A DNA stretch of 64,000 nt from Vicugna vicugna (Eukaryota), in contig MU058337.1 in NCBI GenBank assembly GCA_013265495.1, forward strand, positions 560,001 through 624,000. The letters run 5' to 3'. How positions within the stretch are numbered: the stretch's first letter is position 1; each line of letters opens with the position of its first letter. Both the position numbers and the translations under genes were made by a program. Under the pieces are notes generated by a model. It ran no database searches and was not told the DNA's origin. It was given only the letters and a program-made list of their open reading frames with translations. This document shows, one piece after another, positions 11,661 through 25,470 of the stretch.

Positions 11661-14600
11661 AATGATTTAAGTGTTGAGTACACTTGGGATTAGGGTTCTG
11701 TCTCTTTGTAAACTTCATGATTAAGAGAAATGTGCAGTGCTGAATCCAGAGCTCCCAGTCTGAGCCTCTGCAGCTCGTTTTGGCATCAAGGCTGCTTCCC
11801 ATGTTCAGGGAGCAGATTCTCAGAGCAGACTGTCTCTTTTTCATGGGTATGGTTTTCACTGCAAATTTAGCATGTTCCATGATTTTGGAAAACAAGGATT
11901 CTTAGCCTTGTATTTGATGTTAATCAATAAAAACAGGCTTACATGTTCACAGACCCATTAGTCACCTATTTCCCGCTCTGGGAGTCGGGCTTGAGTTGGA
12001 CAGCCTGGTCACAAGGCACTTTGGTTTGAACCTGCTGTATGAGGTTTCTCAGCCTGAGTCCCAGTTACGTCCAGTATTGTGAGCAGAAGTGAGGAGATCA
12101 GTGTCGAGGGGCTTCAGGAAGTTACCTTCCAAATGCCTTTTCTTTTACTGCGTAGTTTTCCACATTGTTCTCAGAATCTGTCCAAGGAGTATTTTTCATC
12201 TGTATAATGTGAATTCTGTCACAACTAGAAGTGGAAATGGAAAGGGAACACACCACTCCCTCTATAGCTAAGCTGTCTTTTCTCATGAGTCTCTAAGAGC
12301 CCTTGTCCACAGTCCACGTTCGTAGAAGGGGATCTGCTGAAGCTGAAATGATGCAGTTGGACCGGAAGTCAAGAGAAAGAGGAAGGCAGGTTTAAAAAAG
12401 CCAAAAGTAGGAACAATCTTGGAAGAAATTTCTAAAAAACTAAGTGAAATTTATGTTTTTCCAGGATTAAAAAAAAGAAATGGATGAGAGAGATTCCCTT
12501 AATATAGAAAAATCTAAATAAATATTGTAAACATTTTTTATAAACATCGACACCATCATTTATATGGTAGTCCTCATAAGGTGTTCCCTACGGGCTGTAT
12601 ATATCTAGGCTGCAAAAGAACTTGGGTCCCACAATACTCTTGCAAATTAGGTGATCATCATGGTTCCCTTTTCTAAATAAACTAAAGAGAAAAAAAAATT
12701 TTCCTAAATCAGACAGTCTGTTAGTGAAAGAGGCCTGTAACGTGCTAGACTTGCTTCCTATACAAATAATTTTTTTTTGTAGAAGGAACCACATTGAAAT
12801 CTTGTGAGTTCATTTATCATTTGTACAATTGCTGTTTTATCACAATATGCAAGTAATGCAATGTGGAAAGAATAATATAAAATCCACAAGTGCTGCTTTA
12901 GTAGGAATCAATCTATTGGCTCTTAGTGATTTTTCTTTTTGGTGAAAATCAATACTCATCAGTTTTGAAAAGTTTTATAATGTTGTGTGACATGTTAAAT
13001 GTTTGTGGATCATTTATCTGAAGAGTTAAACCTTTTGTTTTCACTTACTTGATTTTGTGAGCCTTTGCAGAATCAGCCAGGTGCAGTACTATTATTTAGT
13101 AATTTATCATAATGTATATTTATGCATGGTGATAGTTTGTATTTTAGATGTGCATAGTGTACATTAGACATTGAGAATAATATCTTGCCATGGTACAAAG
13201 TGTTTTATGAAGCTGAATAAGCAGACTGTTATACCAGTGAAATCATACTTACATACTGAATATTTTATAACTGAATTTACCCAGAAGAAGTCATGAAGGG
13301 ATTAATACTAAAAGAAACTAGATGCAGGATTCTGTTCTTTTGCAAGTACATGTCAGTATTATGTATTTTAATAAGTGTCTACTGGCTTGCTTTGATATTT
13401 AGAATTTTAAACACATACTAGAGTTCAGCAAAATAGAAAATAAGAGGAACTTGCCAAAAATTGTTTTAAGTTTGACAAAGAATTATAGAATATCTACTAG
13501 CAAAGTAATATAATTTATGAGGATGGTTTTGAAAGAACAGAAATGGAGCGTGTAGTGCCTATGAGTCAGGAGTTTTTAAGCACATGTTATTGATTTCTTG
13601 CATTTAAACTCTTGGGGTTAAAAAAAAGTCTGTATTTTCAATTACTTGTAGTTGGTTGGAGACATATACAGAAAATAAAATGCAGACCCTTTAGTGTCAT
13701 TGGAAACTATCATAACTTCAGGTCAGAGGTTAAGAAATGACTTTTATAACAAATATTCTCAAAGTGAACTTCAGATTTTTTCATCTACTTGGTATGCTGA
13801 ATCAACCCCACATAAAGACTTTTTTGCTTTTCTGATAAGAATTTTGTAATAGGATATTGTAGTAAAGCACAATGTATTCTATTTCATTTCCCCCAATTAA
13901 AAAGGTCAGTGTGAAGCTGCACCGTCAGTGACTGCTTTAAGGAGACACCTAAAGGCATAGAAAATTTTAAAGCTGCCGGTAGCAGAACCTGGAGCACAGC
14001 AGAATGTTTAGTATTAGAAACTAGGTCATCCCTGCACAAATGCACGCACCTTCCTTTTCTCTCTAGGTCACTTTGAGGTTTATATGCTTAGTTCAAAACA
14101 CTTGCAATCTGAAATTGTTACAGAATGGGTGGGCTGTCTGAATGTTTCTCCATGTTTCTTCCTGTGTGATTCTACAAAATCTCTTTATAACATTGAATAA
14201 CAGCAAAAATGTGTTTTAAGACAGTCAATCTGTTTTCACTTTGTTATTTTAAACCTACAGGTGTTTGGACTGGCCCTTTTAATTTGGTGCATGACCAGAA
14301 GCCCTATCCATTTCAGGGGATCTGGGCCAGAAGAAGCCGTAGACTTCAGTAGTTACACTGAAAGTCCAACACTGACAAGAGTTAGAATTGTTACCAGTTC
14401 ATTAAGAAGATATTTCAAAAATGTTTATCCAAGATTTCCGAACCTATAAAAAATTCTTTGTTTGAATATAAATTTACTCTTGTGGTTACTAATATGGAGG
14501 GTTAACTGCACATAGGAGTAAATAAAGTAGTATTCCATTTCTCAGCTAAATGTGTACTTACTCATGGAGTGTGGTTTGAACTTTTGAAACCATGCATTTT

Positions 14601-16639
14601 TACCCCTGGTTGGAAATAAAGAAAATGTCAGAAGAAGGTGGATCGACTTCTCACCCTCGCTTCCCTCTGTAAGAATAAAAGAGCCCCTGGGCGGGGGGGG
14701 GGAGAATAAAAGAGCTTATTTTATAATTATAAAGGAATAACTGTATCTTGGACATCCTAAAATATTACCTATACCCACAGCATAAAGCATACAAGTCAGA
14801 CGCTGCAGAGGGAAACTGCCGGTGCTAATGACTCTGATAGGTTTCAGTTCACTCGAGGGAATACTGGAAGGTGATACATGCACATTTAAGAGGACTGTGC
14901 ATAGTATATGAGTAAACTCTCAGAGATCAAAAAAATGGTGCAGTGGTCTGATGTAGTTAATGCCATCTCAAATGTTACACAATTGGGCCCATAAAAACAT
15001 AAACCAAGGACAATTATACTTCTCTAAACATATTTCAATGACTGTTTTTAGCCGCCTGTCAATAATATATTCAGTGATTTAAATTACTTAAATTTATTAT
15101 TTATGGTACATAAATTAGGATATAAATTTTACTCTTCCATGTTATTCTACTTAATTCCTTAACATAAAAGGCACAATATCATATTTATTCGTTTACATTG
15201 ACAAGTAAATATTTTAATTTCTATTTATTTCTTGTTCAAGGCAATAAATCCCACATGCACATCCTTTTTTGACAACTAACAACACACTTAAGATATTATG
15301 ACACAGTTCATTACACCTTAATTTTCATCATAAATTAAATGCTTGAAATTCTAATATGCATATTATCTTTAAGAATGACCGGCATGTGTAAACATTGATC
15401 GTGCCCTCGCAGTGAGAACAGGACAGCACCTCAGCAGTGTTCTTCAGTGGTGGGGAAAGAATCTATTCAGTTTACGCAGGTCAGTGGCCCCTGAAGTCTT
15501 AGTCTGAGGTTTTCACTGGGGTCTGAGGCCTCGCCATGCACCTAGAGTAACTACTCTATAATTAAAGGTAAAGGAGGTCAAAGGGCTATGGCCCAGGTAA
15601 CAAACTCAGTCAATTTAGGAAAGCTTAGTGCCATTCTGGGGAAGTTTAAAGAGCTCTAAAGTGAGCTCCCAAAGCCAAGAAAGATGATTATTCAACATTA
15701 GTAAGCTCTGGTGCATAGGATCCAAGAGAGTGAGATAAATGGGCAGCTGAACCCTTCCTTAAAGGAAAGCAATTAATTTCCTGCCCAGATGCTTCCACCT
15801 ACGTATCTTTCATGTGTCTCTCCTGTCACTCAGAAAACAGAAACAGTTACTGGATCCGTCTAACTGATCCTTAATGGCAGTGCATTCCTGATCCATGTAG
15901 CCATGGTGCACACAGGAGAGAAGCAAAGGTGTCCTCCTGCAGGACCCACAGGGTGAATGACAGAGGTAGAGAAACATTTAGGTTTAGAGAGGAAAACACA
16001 AATCAAACAAACATTCACCATGCCTACAACTCCTCCTCAGTCTAAATTATTTGCCCAGACCATCACATCCCAGGTACCTCTGTTGATCCCCCTGGCTCTG
16101 CCTACCTCTCTGCTAGGACCAAACACATAACACCATGAGACTCATTTTGAGTTTGAGGTATGACCATGATGCATTTGAAATATTTTGCTCTGACAGATTC
16201 TTACATTCTGTTGAGACAGAGCTGAGCACTCTCCTTCATCATTAATCTGCAGCGCAACAGGGCTTGAAGTGCCAAGCTCTTTCACCCCTCCCTAGCCACT
16301 CTTCCTCTGTATCCAGACTGCCTCACCTTAGTCCAAATCCTATTACGCCACATACCACAGAAGTCTCAAGTGACCAATTCCGTGCCTAAATCATTCCCAA
16401 CACCACTTGCTGCTTTAGAGAATATACAAGAAATATCAAAAACACCCCTCACTCAACCAGCCATTAGAAAAACCCCGGCTGTTAGGACGCAAATTGCAAA
16501 ATTCTAGAAAAGTGCCTATAACAATGACTATGGTGGAGTAGTCAGAGCACACCGATTTTGGGGTGAACATTTTTTGCTGGCGATTTAGGGAGTTCCATTG
16601 TATGTCCCAGAAACCATTAGTTGAGCTGAATTACAGGAT

Positions 16640-16835
16640 CGGTCCATGGTGCGTGAAGGGGCTCTGACTGACATCAGGGCCAGGACTTGGATCAGGCTCC
16701 GGCATTTTCACCTGCGTGTTCTTGGGCAAGGAACTGCCCCCTAGAGTCTGTCATGGTTATTGTGCGGTTCAAATTAATTAATACAGATGAAAGAGCCTAG
16801 TATGTAATGACCCTCATTAAAGGCTTGCTTAGTTT
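16640..16835 (+). mobile_element. MIR SINE (degraded)
   Basis: ctgcgtgttcttgggcaag...ggttattgtgcggttcaaattaattaatacagatgaaagagcctag. Confidence 0.65.
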
Positions 16836-17434
16836 GTTGTTTGGAGGTCATTTTATTTCTAGTTAGTTTAACAAATTAAAACCAAAAACACAAATAAAAC
16901 CCCCATATTTCTGAGATAAAACTTTTCTAAAGGAGCTTTGAGTTCAAATCGGTTAGCACTTGTCTGGGAGAATGTATCATTCTGCGTTGGAAATCATTAT
17001 AAAAATATGTGTAGAAAAAGAACAGCAAAGTTCATGTGCAGTATTTTGAAAATGAATAGTCAGATAATGCAAATATTGTATCAAATTTATCTTAATGATT
17101 TTTATCCTGAATAATATGAAGCTATTTTTAAGGGTTTTAATTCAGATTAGGCCATAAAATAGTAATTGGATGTTTGTTAACCTATTTTTGAACAAGTTGC
17201 CAGTTCTCATTATTATTTCCTGGAAACCAGCTTGGATTCTGAGAGAAATACTGACCAAGTTGTGTTAATTTTAGAAACTTTAAATTTAGAAATTTTGTTT
17301 CATTAAATTATTGTCATTTCCCCTCAAATTCCTACCACCATAATTTACAAAACGAGTCCAGTCTCCTCTGGTTTTCTGATCCATTCATTTGCTTATTTCA
17401 AATTGTAGGCACAACCCATGTTCTCTTTTGTGGT

Positions 17435-17555
17435 CTGAGAGGGCAAGGCCCACTTCTTTCCCGTCTACAAGGGTTATCCTGCAGTACAGCACAGGCTGGC
17501 TCGTACGGGGGGGCTTAGCAAGTATTTTTGAATAACGATATGCATGATTGAATGA
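17435..17555 (+). mobile_element. L2 3' end
   Basis: gagggcaagg...cagcacaggctggctcgtac...gcttagcaagtatttttgaat...tgattgaatga. Confidence 0.65.
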
Positions 17556-18244
17556 CACCAAATTGGAGATTTTCAAGGCAGTTTTTCCTCTTACTCCATG
17601 AAGAGATCTTTCCATTTCTACAGGAAGGATGAGATGGAAGCTTCAATATCTAATGCTATTGAGTTTATTGGTCACTGAATTCATTTGAACCCAGCTTTCC
17701 ACTAAGATTTTTATTTTTGCTTTATCAGGCAAATGATTATCCTCAATCTTAAAGCCAAGCATTTGAGCTAATGAAATTCCTAGCAATGGGGGTGGTTTAA
17801 AAATGGCTTCTCCCTTTTTCATTCTGTCTAGCACAGTCAGCAAGTTTCCTTTTATTCATTCTTCCACCTATACTCTAAAATTTATGAAACATGTAGTCTT
17901 TGCTAAACATCATGTTAGGTACTACAACTGATATACAAAAATCATGGAATCTGTGTTTTTTACATCTCTTTTATATTCTGGGAAATGTATGTATAAATAT
18001 GTTATCTACTTGAGTAAATTTTAGATGACTGTAAAAAAAAAGAAAATAAGAAAAGGGTTAGAGAAAAGTACAAAATATTTTGTATTTTACTGGTTTTAAG
18101 ATTTATAGAACCATTCACAGATTATGATTAGAAAATCTATATGCAATCTATTTATAAGGATCTATTTTACAAATAGTATGATTTTGATATTGTCTATAAA
18201 AGTTGTTTTTAACAACCTGCAGTATATGCAGATGCATTTACAGA

Positions 18245-18310
18245 TATATATATGTATAGATATTTTGTGTGTGTATATATATCGTATGTATACACATACA
18301 CATACATAGA
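18245..18310. repeat. (TA)n/(TG)n/(CA)n low-complexity tract
   Basis: Direct inspection. Confidence 0.8.
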
Positions 18311-19762
18311 TAAATTAACTGTAGTCTAAAGGAAAAGCGAAAATATACCAAAGACATATTTTGAGAAGACTAATTTTGTCATTTCTATTTTGTGGTAATA
18401 AAATATTTTTCTAGGGATATCTACATAGAATACTCATTTATAATATGTGGAGTGAATAATAAATTTCCTCAAGTGGAAAAAAGGAAGACTTACAAATTGA
18501 AGCCAAAAATTAAAACATTATAGCATAAAAGACTGGTAACCTATCTTTGATACACATGTATTTTCTTTATCTGTGAGAGGAAACATCTAGCAACCAATTT
18601 CTTGGTAATAGATAATTTCTAGTGTGTTTTTCATATTGAGATGTGTACATAAGACAGATTTCATGTAAATTTCCATTTCTTAAAAATTTCTAAAGCATAT
18701 TCCCACCTAAAAACATGCCCAAACGAGATGGCTCCTCAAACCACTGAGACACCAATAGTTACAGACTTCCACCAATGACATGTGCAAAGGGCAGGGGGTA
18801 CCTCGTAGTCACTCTGTTCAGCCAGCACAGTGAAGGTGTGTGAAGAGGAAAGAAAATCAGCCGGCCACCAAGAGGGCAGAGTGTATGCTGTAGTCATGGC
18901 TGATTTTAGAGAGCTGACTGCCTAGACTGGGTTCATCCTTGTGAAACATTTTTGAAATTGCCCTCTACCAGTGTTAATTAGGATATGAAATTAAAATCTG
19001 TTCACATCCAACTGAATATTATGTCAGCAATATAGGGCACACATTTAGTTGGCCCCTGACAGGATTTTAATTTTCTGCAGTCAGTTTCTAGAAAAACCTT
19101 GTAAGGAATGGAATGTACTGATCTATATTTTCTATTGGCAGCTGCCAAGGTTCTGCCAAATCCATCTGTCTTAATATTACCTTTCACTGGATTTCCTTGG
19201 AATTCCTTGTACACGAGAGAACAGAACCTGAGCATGACCTCTGACTGTACTATAATGGCACCACCCCCCCTTAGTAATTGCTCATCTGTTCAAAACCTCT
19301 CTTGCAAATGTTTTAAAACAAATTGACTTCACCCTAGTACACCAGTTAACCTACTCTTCTGACATATCTGGGAGATGTCTTACTGCTATGCTTTGTGTGC
19401 ACTGGGTGCCTAGGAGAGAAAATTAGCCATGGAGGCAGTGGAGAATATTTTAATGAAATAATTACATTCAATCATCTAGAATCTCTAGATTTCTATGACA
19501 GCAATGACACTATTATAGTTCTAGGTGCTTTTCTAACTAATATCTTAATATTACACTATGTAGTGTACTTTTACCTTTAATTTTTGTTTTAATGTTAGAA
19601 AGGATGCAGGACTAGTCAAAGCAAATGAGAGCAAGCAAGTGTTATGTAAGGTATTTAAATAGTTTAACTGACAAATTGTATAGAGCCTGGAGCAGGATAA
19701 TTATGCAAACCAATTCCCTTGCAATGTGATTGAAGAACTGGAGTGAGTGTGAGGTAGCTTGT

Positions 19763-19770
19763 TGACGTCA
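19763..19770. promoter_or_regulatory. Perfect CRE palindrome TGACGTCA (candidate CREB/ATF site)
   Basis: Motif match only; CpG retained in CpG-poor unique DNA. Confidence 0.3.
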
Positions 19771-20304
19771 CTGATGTTCGTCTGTTGGATAAAAGATAAT
19801 TCTAGAGCAGCCATCAAGGCTTTTTCCAAATATCTTCAGTTTATTATTTTAGAAAAGAAATCCATTTTTCTAACTCAATCTAAGTGGTGCTAAGAGAAAG
19901 GGTTGAATGTTATTTCATTTGTAATTTAGAAATTACTTTGACTGTTTTTAAACCCATTTTGTATAACCGCATGAATGCAAGCCATGGGAGGGCTTCTGGA
20001 AAAATAATATGAAAAACAATAAAAACACAATAAATCAAGAGAATTTTCTAGAAAATATCAAATTAGAAAGCCAAGTATCTTGAACTTTCTGCTTTACCCA
20101 AGCACTCAGTTTCTTGCCCACGACAGTGAGGCAAGGAGCAACTCGGAATGCCTCCTGGGAGGAAACCTGGGGTTGAGCTGCCTGCCTCTCTCCTGTTTTC
20201 TCTTAATTCTGTCCTCAGTCAGCCAAGAGGTGGAAACTGTGCTCTTGAAGTGTGGGGGTTGGGAAGAAGTGTTAGGCATGGTTTGCGTCTTCAAAACAAT
20301 TAAG

Positions 20305-20430
20305 TCCCTTTCCTTCCTTCCTTCCTTTCTTTCTTCCCTTAATTTTCTTTTCCAGTTCTCTCTTCTTTTTCCCTGTTCTTCCTTTCTCCCTCTTTTATTT
20401 CCTCTCTCACTGTGCTTTTTCTTTGTCTGA
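20305..20430. repeat. Polypyrimidine (CT-rich) low-complexity tract
   Basis: Direct: tccttccttccttcctttctttcttccc... Confidence 0.8.
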
Positions 20431-21239
20431 CTCTCCTCAGCGAACAGTGCCTTCTCCCGTCTCCGGCAGCCGAGGAAGGTGTAGCTAAAGCTCTGCAGAT
20501 GCTTTACCTGTTGTTGTTGTTCTTTCCGTCATAAGTAAGAGGGGTCTGAGCAACATCTGGGTCCTTAGCCTTGCTATTTTGCTTTCATCTATGGTTACAG
20601 TACAGTTTTCAAGTTGCAGCGTTCTTTTGATGTTTTGATAAAGATTTTAATGTATGTTGATTCTACTTTTAAAAATACCTCAGGATCAGTCCATAGAGTC
20701 TTCCGCCCTAGGATTTATGATTATAAGCAAAACAAGCTTGGTTAATGGTAAGAGTCACTTGCAAATTAATAGTGAGTCTACACTTCCTGCCTTTAACCAT
20801 TATGCTGGTTGGGGTTGTAGAAAAGCGATGAACATAGAACTCCTTCCGTTGCTTTCATCATCTCCATGTTGGCATACGTTGAGGGAGGGAAGATTCAAAT
20901 GAGGCTCAGTGAAGCTAGGATTCATGGAGTGTACCCCACGACCCCTGGCTCTGTGCTGAGCGTTATACACATGTCACCTCATTCAGAGGCAGACCCCATT
21001 CACATCAGCACCAAAGAGGATCCTCTGTGGAGCCAGCCCCTCGAAAGAGGCCGAAAGTAGGGCACAATGAGAGGAGGCTGGCGGCGGCACCAAGATAATT
21101 TGCTCATGACTTTGAAATACATGCTTTCCTGTTCCAACAGAAGGCATTTCAGTCACTGCAGTAAAGGTCTAGGGCCACAGTCAATTTGCAAGGGTTTGCC
21201 TGCTGTGGTGTGCGAGGATTCTGCACTAGGAGATGTGGA

Positions 21240-21460
21240 TGCCGTGGTTAGGGACAGGCTTTAGGGATAAACACGACCAGGGAGACTCAAGTCTGCCATT
21301 ATTTGATTGTGGGACTTTAAATACATTAGGCTCTCTGAGGCTGACTTTTTCTATAAAAAGAGGCTAATTATGAGAGAGTTGTGAATTTAAAAGTGAAAAC
21401 ATCAAGTTCCTGGCATATATAAGTGCTTAAAAGGCCATAATTTATGAACTTACTATTATT
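21240..21460 (+). mobile_element. MIR SINE (degraded)
   Basis: gtggttagg...tctgccattatttgattgtgggacttt...ctctctgagg...ctataaaa...gttgtgaatttaaa...cctggcatatataagtgctta. Confidence 0.6.
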
Positions 21461-22789
21461 ACTAATTTGGCAAATGTTGCATTTTGTTCTACAATATTTT
21501 GGGGCAGATTGTTTGTCTTTATTGCCAGGACTTTATAGGCAATGGGCTGTATTCAAAGTCAGACTAGCCAGAAAGACACAGTTTGAAAAGAAACATTGTT
21601 TTATCTCCCAATAGCAAACTCTATTTAGAGATGATGGAACCAAAACTCTAAAACCATTCCAAACTGAATTTCCACTCTGAATATACGGTTCCTAATAAAT
21701 TAAATTACACTGTCTCTTGGCTCATCTGTGAGGATAATTCAGAATTCAAAAGAAGAGACAAGAGGTACATAAATGAAAGAAATGAGGGAAAGAAGTAATA
21801 AATACAATGATTAAAGAAAGACAAAAGAGCCCAGTAATATTAGCATTCTCTCAAAAGACTACTGTAGTATAGAATTTTGCAATGATAGTTTCAGAAATTT
21901 CTGTTCATCTACTAGGAAAGTTATGTTATTAATTTAAGTAATAGTAGTTCTCAATTCTGAATGAAGAATATCTTAACCTCTAGAGACAAGAAGTTGGCAT
22001 ACTCAACTGGCAACATATATTTAGTGTACATTTTATTTCACTAATTGTGCTTTCTGAAAAACGATTTTGCAAGCAAAGGAGGAGAAGATACGCATTGCTA
22101 AAACTGACTGTCATCAGTGAGTGACCGATGACCTGCACTAATTGTTAGTGAACGGACAGATGCCAAAGTGTCCCATATTCATAAGGGTACAGCAGGAAGC
22201 ATAAATCATGGGGAATACTGCATATTCTTTCTTACACACCCACATGTCTCTGTGGCTGAGAATACTGCTCTTCAAAACATAGTGATCTGCCTTGCTTTTG
22301 AAACACTTCCATAGAAATCTGCTGTAATCCAAGCTGAGGAAAAAGGGATATGCAATTTAAATAGCTGCAAATTGCTTTCGTACTTTTTAAATATAGAAAA
22401 ACATAGCTATCTCAGGCCATTTCTATTAAAAGGTATTTGATTTGGCCTGTTGAAAACACTTTGATGTGCAGAATGAGAAGAGAACACAGGAAGTATGGTG
22501 GCCTGTCTGCCAGAAGGAAGAGTGTGCGTGTGTCAGAGGTCTGCATTTCCTCTGAAGGGGGTTGTCTTCATCTATGATTAGAGAGGTGTTATTGAAAACT
22601 CATATTCGGATAAATCTCAATGGTAAATCTGAATGGTATTTCAGAATGATAACTGTGATAGCATCTTGGAGAAAAAATGGCGATTAGAAACATCAGGAAG
22701 ACACAGGGAGGCTGTTCTATGATTGGTGATGGAGCAGGCTGCACTCGGCCCTCAGAGAAGTAGCAGAAACACTCAGGAAAGGTCAACGA

Positions 22790-23250
22790 ACAACAGAGAT
22801 CAATGAAAAAATATAGAGCTTAAAACATTCTGAGCTTATTAAAACTTCCTGGGAGAAATACAGCTTTCACAGAAAATATAAGTAGAGCTGGTACATAGCA
22901 ACATCTTAGTGAAAATTGAGATTAAACATACCTCAGGCATTTGTTCATATGAAAATAAAGAGAAGATTTGGAAAGCAGTAATATCAAAGGAAATTCTTGA
23001 ATACAGGCAAACACTAAATAAAAATTATACTAGGCTAGAAAAAATTTAAATCTAAGAAATATAACTCTGCAATCCCAGGCCAGGGAAAGATAAATGTTGA
23101 CAAATTGAATGCCATTTGATGTGACTAAAAAGTTCACCAAATTTATTATAGTGATAAAAAGTTGAAAAAAATAAGGTACATAACATAAATATAAAAGGAA
23201 ATCCAATAATCATGACTTTAAATTTTAAGAGGGAGATATTGTTAAGGATA
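22790..23250 (+). mobile_element. Possible ancient L1 ORF1/HAL1-like remnant
   Basis: A-rich, with acatcttagtgaaa...aaataaagagaagatttggaaagcag resembling L1 ORF1 text; heavily degraded. Confidence 0.35.
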
Positions 23251-25034
23251 ATTATTAGTCTACATAATTACCACACACAAAGGTTACCTTACATTAACCT
23301 TAAAACATGTTTTGATGTAAAAAATGATTTAATATCAATATTTGATGTTTAAAAAATGGTGGCATAGGAGTACAGTAAGACACACACCAATATTGACATT
23401 TATACACTTTTGAGTCTAGCAGTCATCAGTCTGGTATGAAATTTAATGGGTAAAAAACAAAATGGTTTTTAAGACTACAGAAGAAGAGGAAGGAGGAAGA
23501 CGAGGGAGAAGGGAGAGGGAGAGTTGGGAGAAGAAGGGGAAAAATTCCTACAGTGTAGGAGAATCCTGTGTGGAGACTTTTTCCTCACTTGTACAGACAT
23601 GGCACAAGACTACTGAGATGAAAATTACAGAAGAAAAATGTCTTTTATACTCGAGAATGTTACAGTCAATGAAACACTGAAAATGGATAAGTCCTCATCC
23701 ATTTTTTACTTACGATAATTTGGGTTTACAAAGTGTAAAATGCAAAGTGCTTTATGATGTATAGTATTATTAGGAATAATCACAATAATCATTATATGTA
23801 CAGCATTATGCTGAGATAAAATGATAATGTTGAAATCATAAAAGAACATAGCCTTCTACCTTCTAAACATGGAGATTATTTGAGGAGAAAGGCTTCATAC
23901 GGAAAAATAAAAGTCACTTCCAGCGTTTTAAACCTCAGCTTGGCCAAAGGCTAGAGATGAGGTGCCCTAGGGGAAAGCCTTAGAGTAGGAGGGGTGGACG
24001 AGTCGTGCAGTGAGACTTTGCCTCCCTTTGCTGCTCTGCGGCTTCTCCCAAAGGATGCCTGACTGGGTGCACTGCACGTGAACGATGAGCCTTGTTAAAG
24101 CCTTTCTCTTCTTCCCTCCATCAGTGACTTTTCCCCCCTTTCACAAGATGTGAACTGACTTTTTTCCCTGAGAATGAGAAAATTAGATTGACCTAAATAG
24201 TACCTGACTATAGTTTATTTTATCCAGAAACACTGGCACGGGGTATAATGACCCTTGTGCTCTGAGGAAGACTTGCAAATGCAGGACTCTAACAGAACCT
24301 TCACTAATTTTTGCCTGCTTTGCTTAATGTGCACTCTTTTTTTTTTTTGCAGTTATTTGTGTCTGAAAATAAACACTTTGTGAAATTAATGTGCATGTTC
24401 ACTTGACCTCTTCTGCTTTATTTTGTTTTTTCTTTTTGTTCACACTGAATAATCTCTGAATAATCAGGTGATTGGGAATGAATGCATCCATAGATCTTCC
24501 TATCTCTTCAATGCTAAAAGAACTGTTTTGACAGAATTTTTCCCTATTGTTTAAGAACATAAACCTGTTTTTTTGGTTCAATTTAAACATAGCTTTAGGC
24601 ATGACTATATTGTACAAGCATTCAAACTGTAACTCAAAGAGCATAAGTAAAAATAATTATTCAGTGACAAAAAAATAATTATTTGTGATGGAAGTTTGCC
24701 TTACGGTATCTTAAATTCTTAAAATGATCCTGTAATGGAGTCTCCATTTTTTCTAATATCCCATTGGTAGAAAATGGACTATTGAGAATTTTTTAACCTA
24801 ATTACGTAGATTCCAGAAATGCTTGTGGAATATGGCAAGATAATTTTTTTTGGTGGATGAGTGAAGTTTTGAAAAAATGGTCTTACAAATATTGACACAT
24901 TTTATGTTAAGCCATTTAACATTAGCAATGAAAAGCAAATAAAGAAACAAAAAAAAGTATGCTACTCTGAATAGGGAACAAAGGCTTTTTCTCATAATAA
25001 TCAGCATTTTCAGATCCTGTGTGTCTCTATCCAG

Positions 25035-25470
25035 TTCAGGAGGCCAGCAGATAAAATAAACTGGAAAGAGAAGGACACAGCAGTTATTCAAGAGTGGAGA
25101 GGTCAAGAGCTCACAGGAAAACAGCTATGGCTTAGACTGAGAAAAAAGCCGAAAGAGTAACGTAACCAAGAGCTTTCAGATGGAATGAAAGGTTAACAGG
25201 CAGCTGTTCTTCATTTCTAAGGGCACAGAACAAGAAATAAGATGGATTTAAGGTGAGCAAGAAATAAGGGCATTGAGCAAGAAATAAGATGGATATAGTA
25301 CAGTGGATTTAAGTTAAATATAAATTGGCTGTAGGTTAAATATAAAATGACTGTGAGAATAATTTACCTGCAGAAGATATGTAACTCTTTTTTTCCAGAT
25401 ATACTTTAAAAAATGAAGATTCTCACACCTGTTTGGAATGGCTTAGGTATTAGTTACCATGCTTAAAAAT
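25035..25470 (+). mobile_element. CR1/L3 LINE 3' fragment with internal short duplications
   Basis: cagctgttcttcatttct...cacagaacaagaaataagatgg...ggatttaagttaaatata matches recalled L3 3' region; caagaaataag occurs three times. Confidence 0.65.

Noticed and set aside
11452..11895. 147-aa minus-strand ORF
   Set aside because: Partly within L2; no homology I can recognise; TTG start.
18862..18882. CTCF-like word ggccaccaagagggcag
   Set aside because: An extra base breaks the core spacing of the CTCF consensus.
25225..25355. Short repeated units (caagaaataag x3; gttaaatataaa x2) superficially like a repeat-spacer array
   Set aside because: Irregular local slippage duplications within a CR1/L3 remnant; not CRISPR-like in length, number or context.
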